Positions 10,554 to 18,628 of a stretch of DNA of 64,000 nt are shown in pieces. Under the pieces are notes generated by a model. The model did not search any database. It was not told the DNA's origin and saw only the letters and a program-made list of their open reading frames with translations. The DNA is taken from contig JAZUAE010000014.1 in assembly GCA_045637805.1 (NCBI GenBank), positions 64,651 through 128,650 of the forward strand, given 5' to 3'. A program made the position numbers and the translations under genes. Numbering within the stretch: the first letter of the stretch is position 1; the number at the start of each line of letters is the position of its first letter. Source of the DNA: Clostridia bacterium (GTDB lineage Bacteria; Bacillota; Clostridia; Christensenellales; UBA1242).

Positions 10554-10713
10554 AATAATCTTTACTGCAGTAACAGTTGTCGCAACTGCATTCTCTATCG
10601 CAACTACAATCACGACTATAACAGCAACAAGGTGGATCATCATTTCTACCGATTTTATAAATAGATGTTGCACCAACAGCTGCAAGATTTAAGGCTGGTC
10701 TAATTATTTTCAT
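10552..10713 (-). CDS. 53-aa Cys-rich peptide, candidate RiPP precursor (not in the supplied ORF track)
   Basis: My translation of the reverse strand is MKIIRPALNLAAVGATSIYKIGRNDDPPCCCYSRDCSCDRECSCDNCYCSKDY*. The ATG lies 13 nt after the radical SAM stop, with AGGAGG overlapping that stop (TAAGGAGGAGAGCTATATG). A terminator follows the TAA directly. Confidence 0.6.
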   Translation of the reverse strand: MKIIRPALNLAAVGATSIYKIGRNDDPPCCCYSRDCSCDRECSCDNCYCSKDY

Positions 10714-10726
10714 ATAGCTCTCCTCC

Positions 10727-12013
10727 TTACTTTATATATTGTCTCATAGAATTGATTATATTGTCAATTGTATATTCACAATTATAGTGATTTTTATTTA
10801 GAAATCTTGCATTTGGACAACCACCAAGACAAATAGGGAATAATTTGCATTTTTTACATTTGTCATGTATAGGTTGTTCCATAAAGTCTAACATTGCCTT
10901 ATTAAAATATAAACCATTTTGAATATCTCCGATAACTCTATCTTTTAGTCCAAAATCGTGTTCACATTTGTATATTTCGCCAAGAGGACCTATACATAAG
11001 CTATTAATTGTAAATTGATTACACCAAATTTCCTTTGGCATAATTCTTTTTGGTTTTTGGTTTAACCAACTATTAAAGCTATCATCTGCATTTTCAAACT
11101 CTGCAATGGATAAATAGTTCAAAGTTTTACATGATCCAAACAATTTGCCAAGATAGAAGGAAATATTACCATCAATAAATCTAGGATCGTTTTTGAATTC
11201 TGATACAAGAGCTCGTGCATCATCTATATTATCTTTATCAACATTAATACGTAAAGACAAATGTATGTTTTTATCACTTTCAGAAGCATGTTTTAATAAA
11301 TTGAAAATATTAGATTTTGTAACATGATAAGCTTCAGGAATGGTTTTCTTTCTAGCACAGTAATTGTCACACGTTCCATCGAATGTTATTTGATATTCAG
11401 TTATTTTTAACTTATCAGTAATGGTTGGTATAATTTCTTCCTTTAGAAAAAAACCATTAGTTGTCATTTTGCTTCTATATTTTATATTGTTATCTGCACA
11501 AAGTTGTATAAGTTTTTCAGAAAGGGGGATAATGCAGTCTTTGTATGCAAGTAAAGGCTCTCCACCAAACCATGAAACATTTAGTTGCTTTAAATTAGGG
11601 TTTATTTTAATATAATTATCCACATAAGAAACAATATTATTGATGGTATCACAATTCATGGCAGAATATTTTTCATTGTTTTCTTCAAAACAATAGACGC
11701 ATCTGTAATTACATTGTAATGTTGGTGAGATAATTAAATTTAAAAATTCATTATTTAATTTATATTGTAGTTGTTTTTGTTTAAATACTATTTGATTAAA
11801 TTCATCTAAATCTTTATGAACAATAATGCCATTAGAAAGTAGGTCATTGAAAATATTAGGGCAGGTATTTTCGTTAATTTCTTGATTTTGTAATTGGTTT
11901 AATATGTCGTTTTCGAGATTGACAATGGCATCACTTTTTGAGTTCCATATGTAAGTGGTTCCATCATCGCAGTCTTTTATAGGAATATTATAAAAAGAAT
12001 ATTTGTACATCAT
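10727..12013 (-). CDS. Radical SAM enzyme with C-terminal SPASM-type auxiliary cluster domain (peptide-maturase-like)
   Basis: CNYRCVYC (CX3CX2C radical SAM cluster motif) near residue 90. C-terminal Cys cluster ...YKCEHDFG...CKKCKLFPICLGGCPNA (CX2CX5CX3C). 428 aa, typical of the anSME/peptide maturase class. Confidence 0.85.
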   Translation of the reverse strand: MMYKYSFYNIPIKDCDDGTTYIWNSKSDAIVNLENDILNQLQNQEINENTCPNIFNDLLSNGIIVHKDLDEFNQIVFKQKQLQYKLNNEFLNLIISPTLQCNYRCVYCFEENNEKYSAMNCDTINNIVSYVDNYIKINPNLKQLNVSWFGGEPLLAYKDCIIPLSEKLIQLCADNNIKYRSKMTTNGFFLKEEIIPTITDKLKITEYQITFDGTCDNYCARKKTIPEAYHVTKSNIFNLLKHASESDKNIHLSLRINVDKDNIDDARALVSEFKNDPRFIDGNISFYLGKLFGSCKTLNYLSIAEFENADDSFNSWLNQKPKRIMPKEIWCNQFTINSLCIGPLGEIYKCEHDFGLKDRVIGDIQNGLYFNKAMLDFMEQPIHDKCKKCKLFPICLGGCPNARFLNKNHYNCEYTIDNIINSMRQYIK

Positions 12014-12042
12014 ATTATTTTCTCCTCAAACTGTATAAGATA

Positions 12043-12072
12043 TTTATATCATACATAAAAAAGAAGTGTCAA
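12043..12072 (-). promoter_or_regulatory. Sigma-A-type promoter for the radical SAM/peptide operon
   Basis: The reverse strand reads TTGACA, an 18-nt spacer, then TGaTATAAA (extended -10). GAGGAG SD and the ATG at 12013 lie about 25 nt downstream. Confidence 0.45.
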
Positions 12073-12073
12073 T

Positions 12074-12106
12074 GAAAAAAATAGCCAAAGATTTTGTCTT
12101 TGGCTA
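12074..12106 (-). terminator. Intrinsic terminator after the ABC permease gene
   Basis: The reverse strand has stem TAGCCAAAG / CTTTGGCTA followed by a T-run. It separates the ABC operon from the radical SAM operon. Confidence 0.55.
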
Positions 12107-12111
12107 ATTTT

Positions 12112-12918
12112 TTATAAGTTACGCTTTTTATTTATATATCTTTCAATTAATGCAATTAGTCCATACATGACTCCAGCAAGTACACAAAGTACAACTATTG
12201 ATGTCATAACAAGATCTAGTTTAAACACTTGTCCACCATAAACAATTAGATATCCGAGTCCGGCTTTACTTGAAAGATATTCTCCCATTATAACTCCGAC
12301 CCAGCTCATGCCAACATTTATTTTTAGTACACTTATAAAATTTGGTAAGGTCGCTGGTATTATTAGGTGTGTTAATACTTGCATATTGTTTGCACCCATG
12401 GTTTTTAAAAGTTTCTTTTTTTCTTCATCAACTTCTAAGAATCCATTTAGCAAAGAAATCGTTGTGATTACAATACAAATGAGAATTCCCATTGTTACGG
12501 TCGCTTTTGTGCCGATTCCCACCCATACAATAATCAATGGACCTAGTGCAATTTTTGGTAAGCTATTAAGTATTATAAGGTATGGTTCTAGGACACGTCT
12601 TACTGCTGGAATAAGATATAAAATTATTGCTATTAGTGCGCCAAGCAAAGAACTGATTAGAAAAGCCAGTATAGTTTCATAGAGTGTTACACCCATGTGC
12701 TGCCAAAGAGTTCCTTCACTAACTAAATCTATAAAAGTGTTAACGATACGGCTTGGTGAACTAATTAAAAATGGATCCACTATTTGTAAATATGCAATAA
12801 GCTCCCATATACCGATTAGTGATATTAAAAGCAATATTCTAAAAAACTGCACAAAGAATGAATTTCTTTTTAGCTTATTCAAATATTTTTTATGAGAGAA
12901 TGAATAATTCTTTTTCAT
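12112..12918 (-). CDS. ABC transporter permease (NitT/TauT-like family)
   Basis: Polytopic membrane protein about 268 aa long with an EAA-like loop region (KKLLKTMGANNMQVLTHLIIPATLP). ATG 12918 forms an ATGA overlap with the ATPase stop and follows a GGAGG, so I prefer it over the listed 12933. Confidence 0.8.
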   Translation of the reverse strand: MKKNYSFSHKKYLNKLKRNSFFVQFFRILLLISLIGIWELIAYLQIVDPFLISSPSRIVNTFIDLVSEGTLWQHMGVTLYETILAFLISSLLGALIAIILYLIPAVRRVLEPYLIILNSLPKIALGPLIIVWVGIGTKATVTMGILICIVITTISLLNGFLEVDEEKKKLLKTMGANNMQVLTHLIIPATLPNFISVLKINVGMSWVGVIMGEYLSSKAGLGYLIVYGGQVFKLDLVMTSIVVLCVLAGVMYGLIALIERYINKKRNL

Positions 12919-13670
12919 TGTAGTTCCTCCCATACCTGATTAAAGTATTCATGAAATACGGGTGTTTTTCTTCGTTCAAAAGGTGTTAATTCTTTTGGAA
13001 AGTCCAACCGAATATTTGTTTTTACTTTGCCTGGAGATTTTGTAAGAACAATTATTCTATCACTCATACATATTGCTTCTGCAATATCATGAGTTACAAG
13101 AATTGCGGATTTTTCTTCAGACTTTATTATGTCATAAACATCGTTTTGTACGCTGAGTCTTGTTTGATAGTCTAGCGCACTGAAAGGTTCATCTAAAAGC
13201 AAAATTTTAGGTCTTGTTGCGAGAGTACGAATAAGTGCAATTCTTTGTCGCATTCCTCCAGATAATTCTCTTGGGTAATGATTTAAAAATTTGCCAAGTC
13301 CATACTTGTTTGCAAGGTTGATTGCATAGTTTTTGGCTTCAGGTGTTAATTTTTTCTGAATTTTTAGTCCAAGTGTTATATTGTTTGTGTTGTTAATCCA
13401 GTCAAATAGATTATCTCTTTGAAACATATAACCAACATTTGATGATATTTTATCTATTTTTTTATTTTCCAGTAAAATTTCACCCTCAGTTGGTTTTAGT
13501 AATCCAGCGATAAGCGAAAGAATTGTTGTTTTTCCACAGCCCGATGGACCAACTATGCTTACAAACTCGTTTTTTTCTATGTCTAAATTAAGTTTAGTTA
13601 AAGCAAGTGTTTCATTTGCCTTAGTATGATATACAAACTTAACGTTTTTTATATCAAGAGTTTTTTCCAT
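12915..13670 (-). CDS. ABC transporter ATP-binding protein (NitT/TauT-like family)
   Basis: Walker A GPSGCGKTT, signature LSGGMRQR, Walker B LLLDEPFSALD, H-loop VTHD. Confidence 0.9.
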   Translation of the reverse strand: MEKTLDIKNVKFVYHTKANETLALTKLNLDIEKNEFVSIVGPSGCGKTTILSLIAGLLKPTEGEILLENKKIDKISSNVGYMFQRDNLFDWINNTNNITLGLKIQKKLTPEAKNYAINLANKYGLGKFLNHYPRELSGGMRQRIALIRTLATRPKILLLDEPFSALDYQTRLSVQNDVYDIIKSEEKSAILVTHDIAEAICMSDRIIVLTKSPGKVKTNIRLDFPKELTPFERRKTPVFHEYFNQVWEELQ

Positions 13671-13685
13671 AGTAATCTCCTAAGG

Positions 13686-14687
13686 TTATTTGTCAAAAGA
13701 GTATGCGAGCGAGTTATCAACTACTTTGTTGAAATCTACACGTGTTTCAATAGTACCTGCATTCATCAAAACATCAAGTAAACGATTATAAGAAGACACG
13801 CTCATTGCAGGTGTTGCCATCCAAGCATCAATAGATTTGTAGCTTGCAATAGAAGAAGCTAGCAATTCCTTACTTGTTGTATTGAAAGATGGATAGAGGG
13901 CTTCTGCGCCTTCAGCATCAGTGTGAGTCATAAGATAATCGTATCCTTTTTTTACTGCACGAAGAAAGCCCTTAGCTAGGTCTGCATTTTTGTTTAAGAA
14001 ACTTGGTTTTGCTATAAAACAAGTATATGGAATATCTCCAGATTGTTCACCAACAGAAGCTATGATATGACCTTTTCCAAGTGAGACATATTCTGAAGCA
14101 GTTGGTTCAAACATGGTACAAAAGTCTGCATCATTTTCTGGTGAATCAAATACAGGAACCATCATATTGAATGCAGTAGAAGTGTCAAGTGTAATATTTG
14201 TGTTGTCAAATAAATTAACTTGATTTACAACCCATTCAAATGTCATTGCAGGAACTCCTCCAGCACGACCAGCAATTACTTTTTTATTTTGTAATGATGT
14301 CGCCCAGTTGAAATTATCTATAGGAGTTTTAGAAACAAGGAATGATCCATCTTTTTTAGTTAACTGTCCAAAAACAACAGGACTTGATTTGCTTCCACCA
14401 GCCACAGCATAAACGACAGGTTCTGGACCAAGCAATGCTATATCTGCATTACCAGATAATAGCGAAGCCATACCGGCATCGCTTCCGCCAGAGTTCGTTA
14501 ATTCTATAGTGATTCCTTCTTCTTCCATGTAGCCTAAATTAATTGCTGCATAGAGTGGGGCATAGAAAACACTATGTGTTGTTTCTGTAAGTCGCACTAC
14601 GCCTGTTTTATTATTACAACCTACAAGTCCTAAAAAAGAAAAACAGACAAGTAGACACGTGAGCATATATGTTGCGATTTTTTTCAT
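13686..14687 (-). CDS. ABC transporter substrate-binding lipoprotein (NMT1/THI5- or SsuA-like)
   Basis: Lipobox LGLVGC after a signal peptide, and periplasmic-binding-protein size (333 aa). First gene of a binding protein-ATPase-permease importer operon. Substrate not inferable. Confidence 0.75.
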   Translation of the reverse strand: MKKIATYMLTCLLVCFSFLGLVGCNNKTGVVRLTETTHSVFYAPLYAAINLGYMEEEGITIELTNSGGSDAGMASLLSGNADIALLGPEPVVYAVAGGSKSSPVVFGQLTKKDGSFLVSKTPIDNFNWATSLQNKKVIAGRAGGVPAMTFEWVVNQVNLFDNTNITLDTSTAFNMMVPVFDSPENDADFCTMFEPTASEYVSLGKGHIIASVGEQSGDIPYTCFIAKPSFLNKNADLAKGFLRAVKKGYDYLMTHTDAEGAEALYPSFNTTSKELLASSIASYKSIDAWMATPAMSVSSYNRLLDVLMNAGTIETRVDFNKVVDNSLAYSFDK

Positions 14688-14790
14688 TTTTATCCTCCTT
14701 TACTAGTGTATTTTATTCTTTAGGGTGAAAATTTGACAAAAACACTTTCATTTAAATGCAAAGCGTGTTATAATCATTGAAGGTGAAAAT

Positions 14791-15000
14791 ATGACAAGAG
14801 TGATTTTTGGTATAATTGCAATAATAGTTTTAGTTGCTGGCATTATTTTAGTATTTGGTGGTCCAGTTTTTTATCCTGAGAAGAAGTTTGAAGGAAATGA
14901 AAAACTTATGATTCGCAAACGAACTAAGTTAAAATTAATAGGGTATGTCGTCTGCCTCGTCGCGTTTTTAATAGGAATTATTTTAGGATCAATAAATTAA
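14791..15000 (+). CDS. Small two-TM membrane protein, hypothetical
   Basis: 69 aa with two hydrophobic helices. SD AGGTGA lies 5 nt upstream and the stop is 10 nt before valS. Coding status rests only on ORF, SD and hydrophobicity. Confidence 0.4.
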   Translation: MTRVIFGIIAIIVLVAGIILVFGGPVFYPEKKFEGNEKLMIRKRTKLKLIGYVVCLVAFLIGIILGSIN

Positions 15001-15010
15001 GAGGTAGATT

Positions 15011-17614
15011 ATGTTAAACGAAAAAGGTTATAATGCTAAAGCATTTGAAGAAAATATATATAAATTTTGGGAAGACAATAAATATTTTGCTGCTAAGGTA
15101 AATGATAAAAAAGAGCCATTTACCATTATTATGCCACCCCCAAATGTAACAAGTCAGGCGCATATCGGTCATGCGTTAGATATGACATTGCAAGATATAT
15201 TAATACGTTATAAAAGAATGCAGGGAAATGAGGCTCTTTGGCTTCCAGGAGCAGACCATGCTGCCATTGCTACCGAGGTTAAGCTTGTAGAAAAACTCAA
15301 AAATGAGGGAAAAACTAAAGAAATGATCGGCAGGGAAGCTTTTGATAAAGAGGCTTGGGACTGGTATAATTACTATGGCAATAGAATTATGACTCAATTT
15401 AAGCACATGGGGTTTTCTGCAGATTGGGATAGATATAGATTTACCATGGACGAAAAAAGTACAGATGCTGTTCTTGAGGCGTTTATCAATCTTTATAATA
15501 AAGGATTAATTTATAGAGGTATTCGTCAAACCCATTGGTGTACTAACTGTAAATCGGTTATAAGTGACGATGAAGTTGTTTATTCTGATGAAAAAGGACA
15601 CATGTATCATATAAGATATCCTTTTGCAGATGGATCAGGTTATATTATTGTAGCGACAACTAGACCTGAAACTATGTTTGGTGATGAGGCTGTTGCTGTT
15701 AATCCTACAGATAAAAGATATACATCTATTGTTGGAAAGTTATTAAAACTTCCATTAACTAATAGAACTATTCCTATTATTGCCGATAGTTATGTTGAGA
15801 AATCTTTTGGTACCGGTATGGTTAAAATTACTCCAGCTCATGACCCTAACGATTATGAAGTTGGAAAAAGACACAATTTGAGAGTTTTACAAGCTATTGA
15901 TAAGAGTGGTAAACTTACAAAGATTGCTGGTAAATTTGAAGGACTCGGTGTTGTTGAGGCTAGAGAAAAAGTTATAAAAGAGCTTAAAAATCAAGGTCTT
16001 ATTGAAAAAATAGAAAACTACAATCATAGTGTAGGACACTGTGAACGTTGTAAGACAGCTATTGAGCCTATGATTACTGAACAATGGTTTGTAAAAATGA
16101 GTGAACTCGTTAAACCAGCTATTGAGGTCGTTAAAAAAGGTGAAATGAAAATTTACCCTAAACGCTTCGAGAAAAACTATTTCCATTGGCTTGAAAATAT
16201 TCAGGACTGGTGTATAAGTAGACAGATTTGGACTGGTCATAGAATTCCTATTTATTATTGTCAAAAGTGTGGTGAAGTTGTTGCTGGCAAGCAAAACCCA
16301 GACAAATGTCCAAAATGTGGTAATAAATCATTTGAGCAAGATCCTGATGTTCTTGATACATGGTTTAGTTCAGCGCTTTGGCCATTCTCTACACTCGGCT
16401 GGCCTCAAAAAACTAAGGAAATGGAATATTTCTATCCTACAACAGTGTTAGTTACTGGTTTTGATATTTTGACACAATGGGTAACAAAAATGGTTTATAT
16501 GGGCTTTGAATGTACTGGAAAAAAACCATTTGAAAATGTACTCATTCACGGTCTTGTTCGTGACGAGCATGGTAGAAAAATGAGTAAAAGTCTTGGAAAC
16601 GGTGTTGATCCATTAGAAATGACAGAAAAATATGGTGCTGATGCTCTTAGAATTGCATTAGTTAAGGATATGGCTCTTGGTATTGATACAAGATTTAAAA
16701 CTGTTAAAATGGATAACGCAAGTGGCTTTATAAATAAGATATGGAACGCAAGTAAATTTGTTGCAATGCATACAAAAGATGTTGAGTTGATTCCGATTAG
16801 TGATATAGAGCTTGAAGACAAAGATAAATGGATCTTATTTAAGTTAGATAACATGATAAAAACCCTTACAAGAAATATGGATAAGTTTGATGTGGGTATT
16901 GCTCTTACAAATATATATAATTTTGCATGGGAAGATTTCTGTGACTGGTATATAGAGCTTTGCAAAGCATCGATTTTTGCGGGTGGTAAACAAAAACAAA
17001 ATACTATTAGTGTTTTATCATATATTTACGATAAGATACTAAAAATGTTACACCCATTTATTCCTTTTGTAACAGAATATATTTATCAAAGATTACCATT
17101 AGCAGAAGGTAAGACTGCAAGTATTATGGTTTCAGCTTTCCCAAGTGTAATAAAATCAACAAAATATAAAAATGCTTATACAAACATTGAAAATGTGATT
17201 GATGTTGTTAAAAAATTGCGTGCTTTAAAAACTGAGTCAAATATACCTAGCAGCAAAAAAGCAAATATTGCAGCAACAGGTACACCTGAAATTATAAAAA
17301 ATAAAGATATTATTGAAAAAACAGTTTGTGCAAATCTAATCTTTAATGAAAAGGGAACAGGTAAATCTATAATTTGTGAGTTTGGTGAGTTTGCTATTAT
17401 TGAAGATGAAGTAGATAAAAGCGAATTAATAAAAACAATAAATGCAGATATTGATAAAGTTAAGTTTGAAATTGCTAGAAGCGAAAAGATGTTGTCAAAT
17501 CCTGGCTTTGTTGCAAAAGCGCCAGCAAGTATGATAGAAAACGAAAAAATAAAACTAGAGAAAAATAAAAATATCTTGCTGACATTAGAAAGTAAACTTA
17601 AAGAACTTTTATAA
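15011..17614 (+). CDS. valS: Valine--tRNA ligase
   Basis: HIGH-type motif (SQAHIGHAL), KMSKS, class Ia editing-domain blocks (TTRPETMFGD) and a C-terminal coiled coil; 867 aa. Confidence 0.95.
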   Translation: MLNEKGYNAKAFEENIYKFWEDNKYFAAKVNDKKEPFTIIMPPPNVTSQAHIGHALDMTLQDILIRYKRMQGNEALWLPGADHAAIATEVKLVEKLKNEGKTKEMIGREAFDKEAWDWYNYYGNRIMTQFKHMGFSADWDRYRFTMDEKSTDAVLEAFINLYNKGLIYRGIRQTHWCTNCKSVISDDEVVYSDEKGHMYHIRYPFADGSGYIIVATTRPETMFGDEAVAVNPTDKRYTSIVGKLLKLPLTNRTIPIIADSYVEKSFGTGMVKITPAHDPNDYEVGKRHNLRVLQAIDKSGKLTKIAGKFEGLGVVEAREKVIKELKNQGLIEKIENYNHSVGHCERCKTAIEPMITEQWFVKMSELVKPAIEVVKKGEMKIYPKRFEKNYFHWLENIQDWCISRQIWTGHRIPIYYCQKCGEVVAGKQNPDKCPKCGNKSFEQDPDVLDTWFSSALWPFSTLGWPQKTKEMEYFYPTTVLVTGFDILTQWVTKMVYMGFECTGKKPFENVLIHGLVRDEHGRKMSKSLGNGVDPLEMTEKYGADALRIALVKDMALGIDTRFKTVKMDNASGFINKIWNASKFVAMHTKDVELIPISDIELEDKDKWILFKLDNMIKTLTRNMDKFDVGIALTNIYNFAWEDFCDWYIELCKASIFAGGKQKQNTISVLSYIYDKILKMLHPFIPFVTEYIYQRLPLAEGKTASIMVSAFPSVIKSTKYKNAYTNIENVIDVVKKLRALKTESNIPSSKKANIAATGTPEIIKNKDIIEKTVCANLIFNEKGTGKSIICEFGEFAIIEDEVDKSELIKTINADIDKVKFEIARSEKMLSNPGFVAKAPASMIENEKIKLEKNKNILLTLESKLKELL

Positions 17615-17623
17615 ATGTTTAAA

Positions 17624-17658
17624 AAGAGAAGAATTTTTCTTCTCTTTTCTTATTTTTT
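17624..17658 (+). terminator. Intrinsic terminator after valS
   Basis: 10-bp stem AAGAGAAGAA / TTCTTCTCTT with a TTT loop, followed by T-rich sequence. Confidence 0.6.
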
Positions 17659-17666
17659 ATTCGAGT

Positions 17667-17673
17667 TTCGACA
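17667..17673 (-). promoter_or_regulatory. Candidate Spo0A box (TGTCGAA on the reverse strand) upstream of spo0A
   Basis: TTCGACA is an exact match to the reverse complement of the Bacillus 0A-box core TGTCGAA, about 90 nt upstream of the spo0A ATG. It is only a 7-mer, so chance occurrence is possible. Confidence 0.3.
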
Positions 17674-17762
17674 TTTTACTACTTTTTAGGGTATGATTTT
17701 TTGTCAACTTTCGTTTTTAAATATGTTATTATATCAATCGCTAAGGCAAAAAGGAGAAAATT

Positions 17763-18521
17763 ATGGAAAAACAAAAACGTATTTTGCTTGCAGATGAAGA
17801 TAGAGAATTTATAAACACTATGAAAAAGTATCTTATAAAAGAATATGCGGTTGATGATGCTGTGGGTGGTGAAGAAGCTAAAGCTAAGATTGAAAAAAAC
17901 ACTTATGAAATCATTGTAATGGATGTAATGCTTTCTAAAATTGATGGATATGAATTACTTGAAACTATTAAAGAGAAAGATAATAAACCAAAAGTTATAG
18001 TTGCGTCAAATATATATGGCAATAGCTTTATACAAAAAGCTTTAAACATGGGTGTCAATTATTATATGATTAAGCCTATAACTGCAGAAGTCTTATCTTC
18101 AAGGATTAAAGATATACTAAGTGATACATCGGAAGATGTTCCTTTGATGGTTAAAGGTATAGATACTAAAAAGGCTAAACATATTGAAGAAAAAATTACA
18201 AACATTTTTATAACAGTAGGTATTCCTGCACACATTAAGGGATATCACTTCTTGAGAGAGGCTATAAAAATGGCAATCGATAATCCAGATGTTATAAATT
18301 CAATTACCAAAAAACTATATCCATCTATAGCTGATAGATTTTCTACTTCGTCTAGTAAGGTTGAAAGAGCTATTAGACACGCTATTGAAGTGGCTTGGAA
18401 TAGAGGTAAGATTGAGAATATAAATGCGATTTTTGGCATTAAAGTTTATTCAAGTAGTGAAAAGCCAACAAATGGTGAATTTATTGCACTAGTGGCTGAT
18501 AAGATGTTAATGGAAGGATAA
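17763..18521 (+). CDS. spo0A: Sporulation master regulator Spo0A
   Basis: Receiver domain (ILLADED...MDVMLSKIDG) plus the Spo0A-specific C-terminal domain (HIKGYHFLREAI...KLYPSIADRFSTSSSKVERAIRHAIEVAW). Confidence 0.9.
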   Translation: MEKQKRILLADEDREFINTMKKYLIKEYAVDDAVGGEEAKAKIEKNTYEIIVMDVMLSKIDGYELLETIKEKDNKPKVIVASNIYGNSFIQKALNMGVNYYMIKPITAEVLSSRIKDILSDTSEDVPLMVKGIDTKKAKHIEEKITNIFITVGIPAHIKGYHFLREAIKMAIDNPDVINSITKKLYPSIADRFSTSSSKVERAIRHAIEVAWNRGKIENINAIFGIKVYSSSEKPTNGEFIALVADKMLMEG

Positions 18522-18628
18522 TTTAAAAAAGTTGTTAAAAATAGTTTACAAATAGTATTAAGTGTTATAATATATTGCAAGATAACTGATAAGTAATATG
18601 CATATTATAAAGATGAAGGAGATATATT

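Noticed and set aside
12112-14687. The adjacent ABC transporter as a dedicated exporter or immunity pump for the Cys-rich peptide
   Set aside because: The operon has a lipoprotein substrate-binding component and a NitT/TauT-type permease/ATPase, which is an importer architecture. A terminator and a separate promoter divide it from the radical SAM operon.
14688-15010. T-box riboswitch leader expected upstream of valS
   Set aside because: Only about 100 nt of intergenic DNA is present, followed by a small ORF that ends 10 nt before valS. I could not find a specifier-loop/T-box (AGGGUGGNACCGCG-like) sequence.
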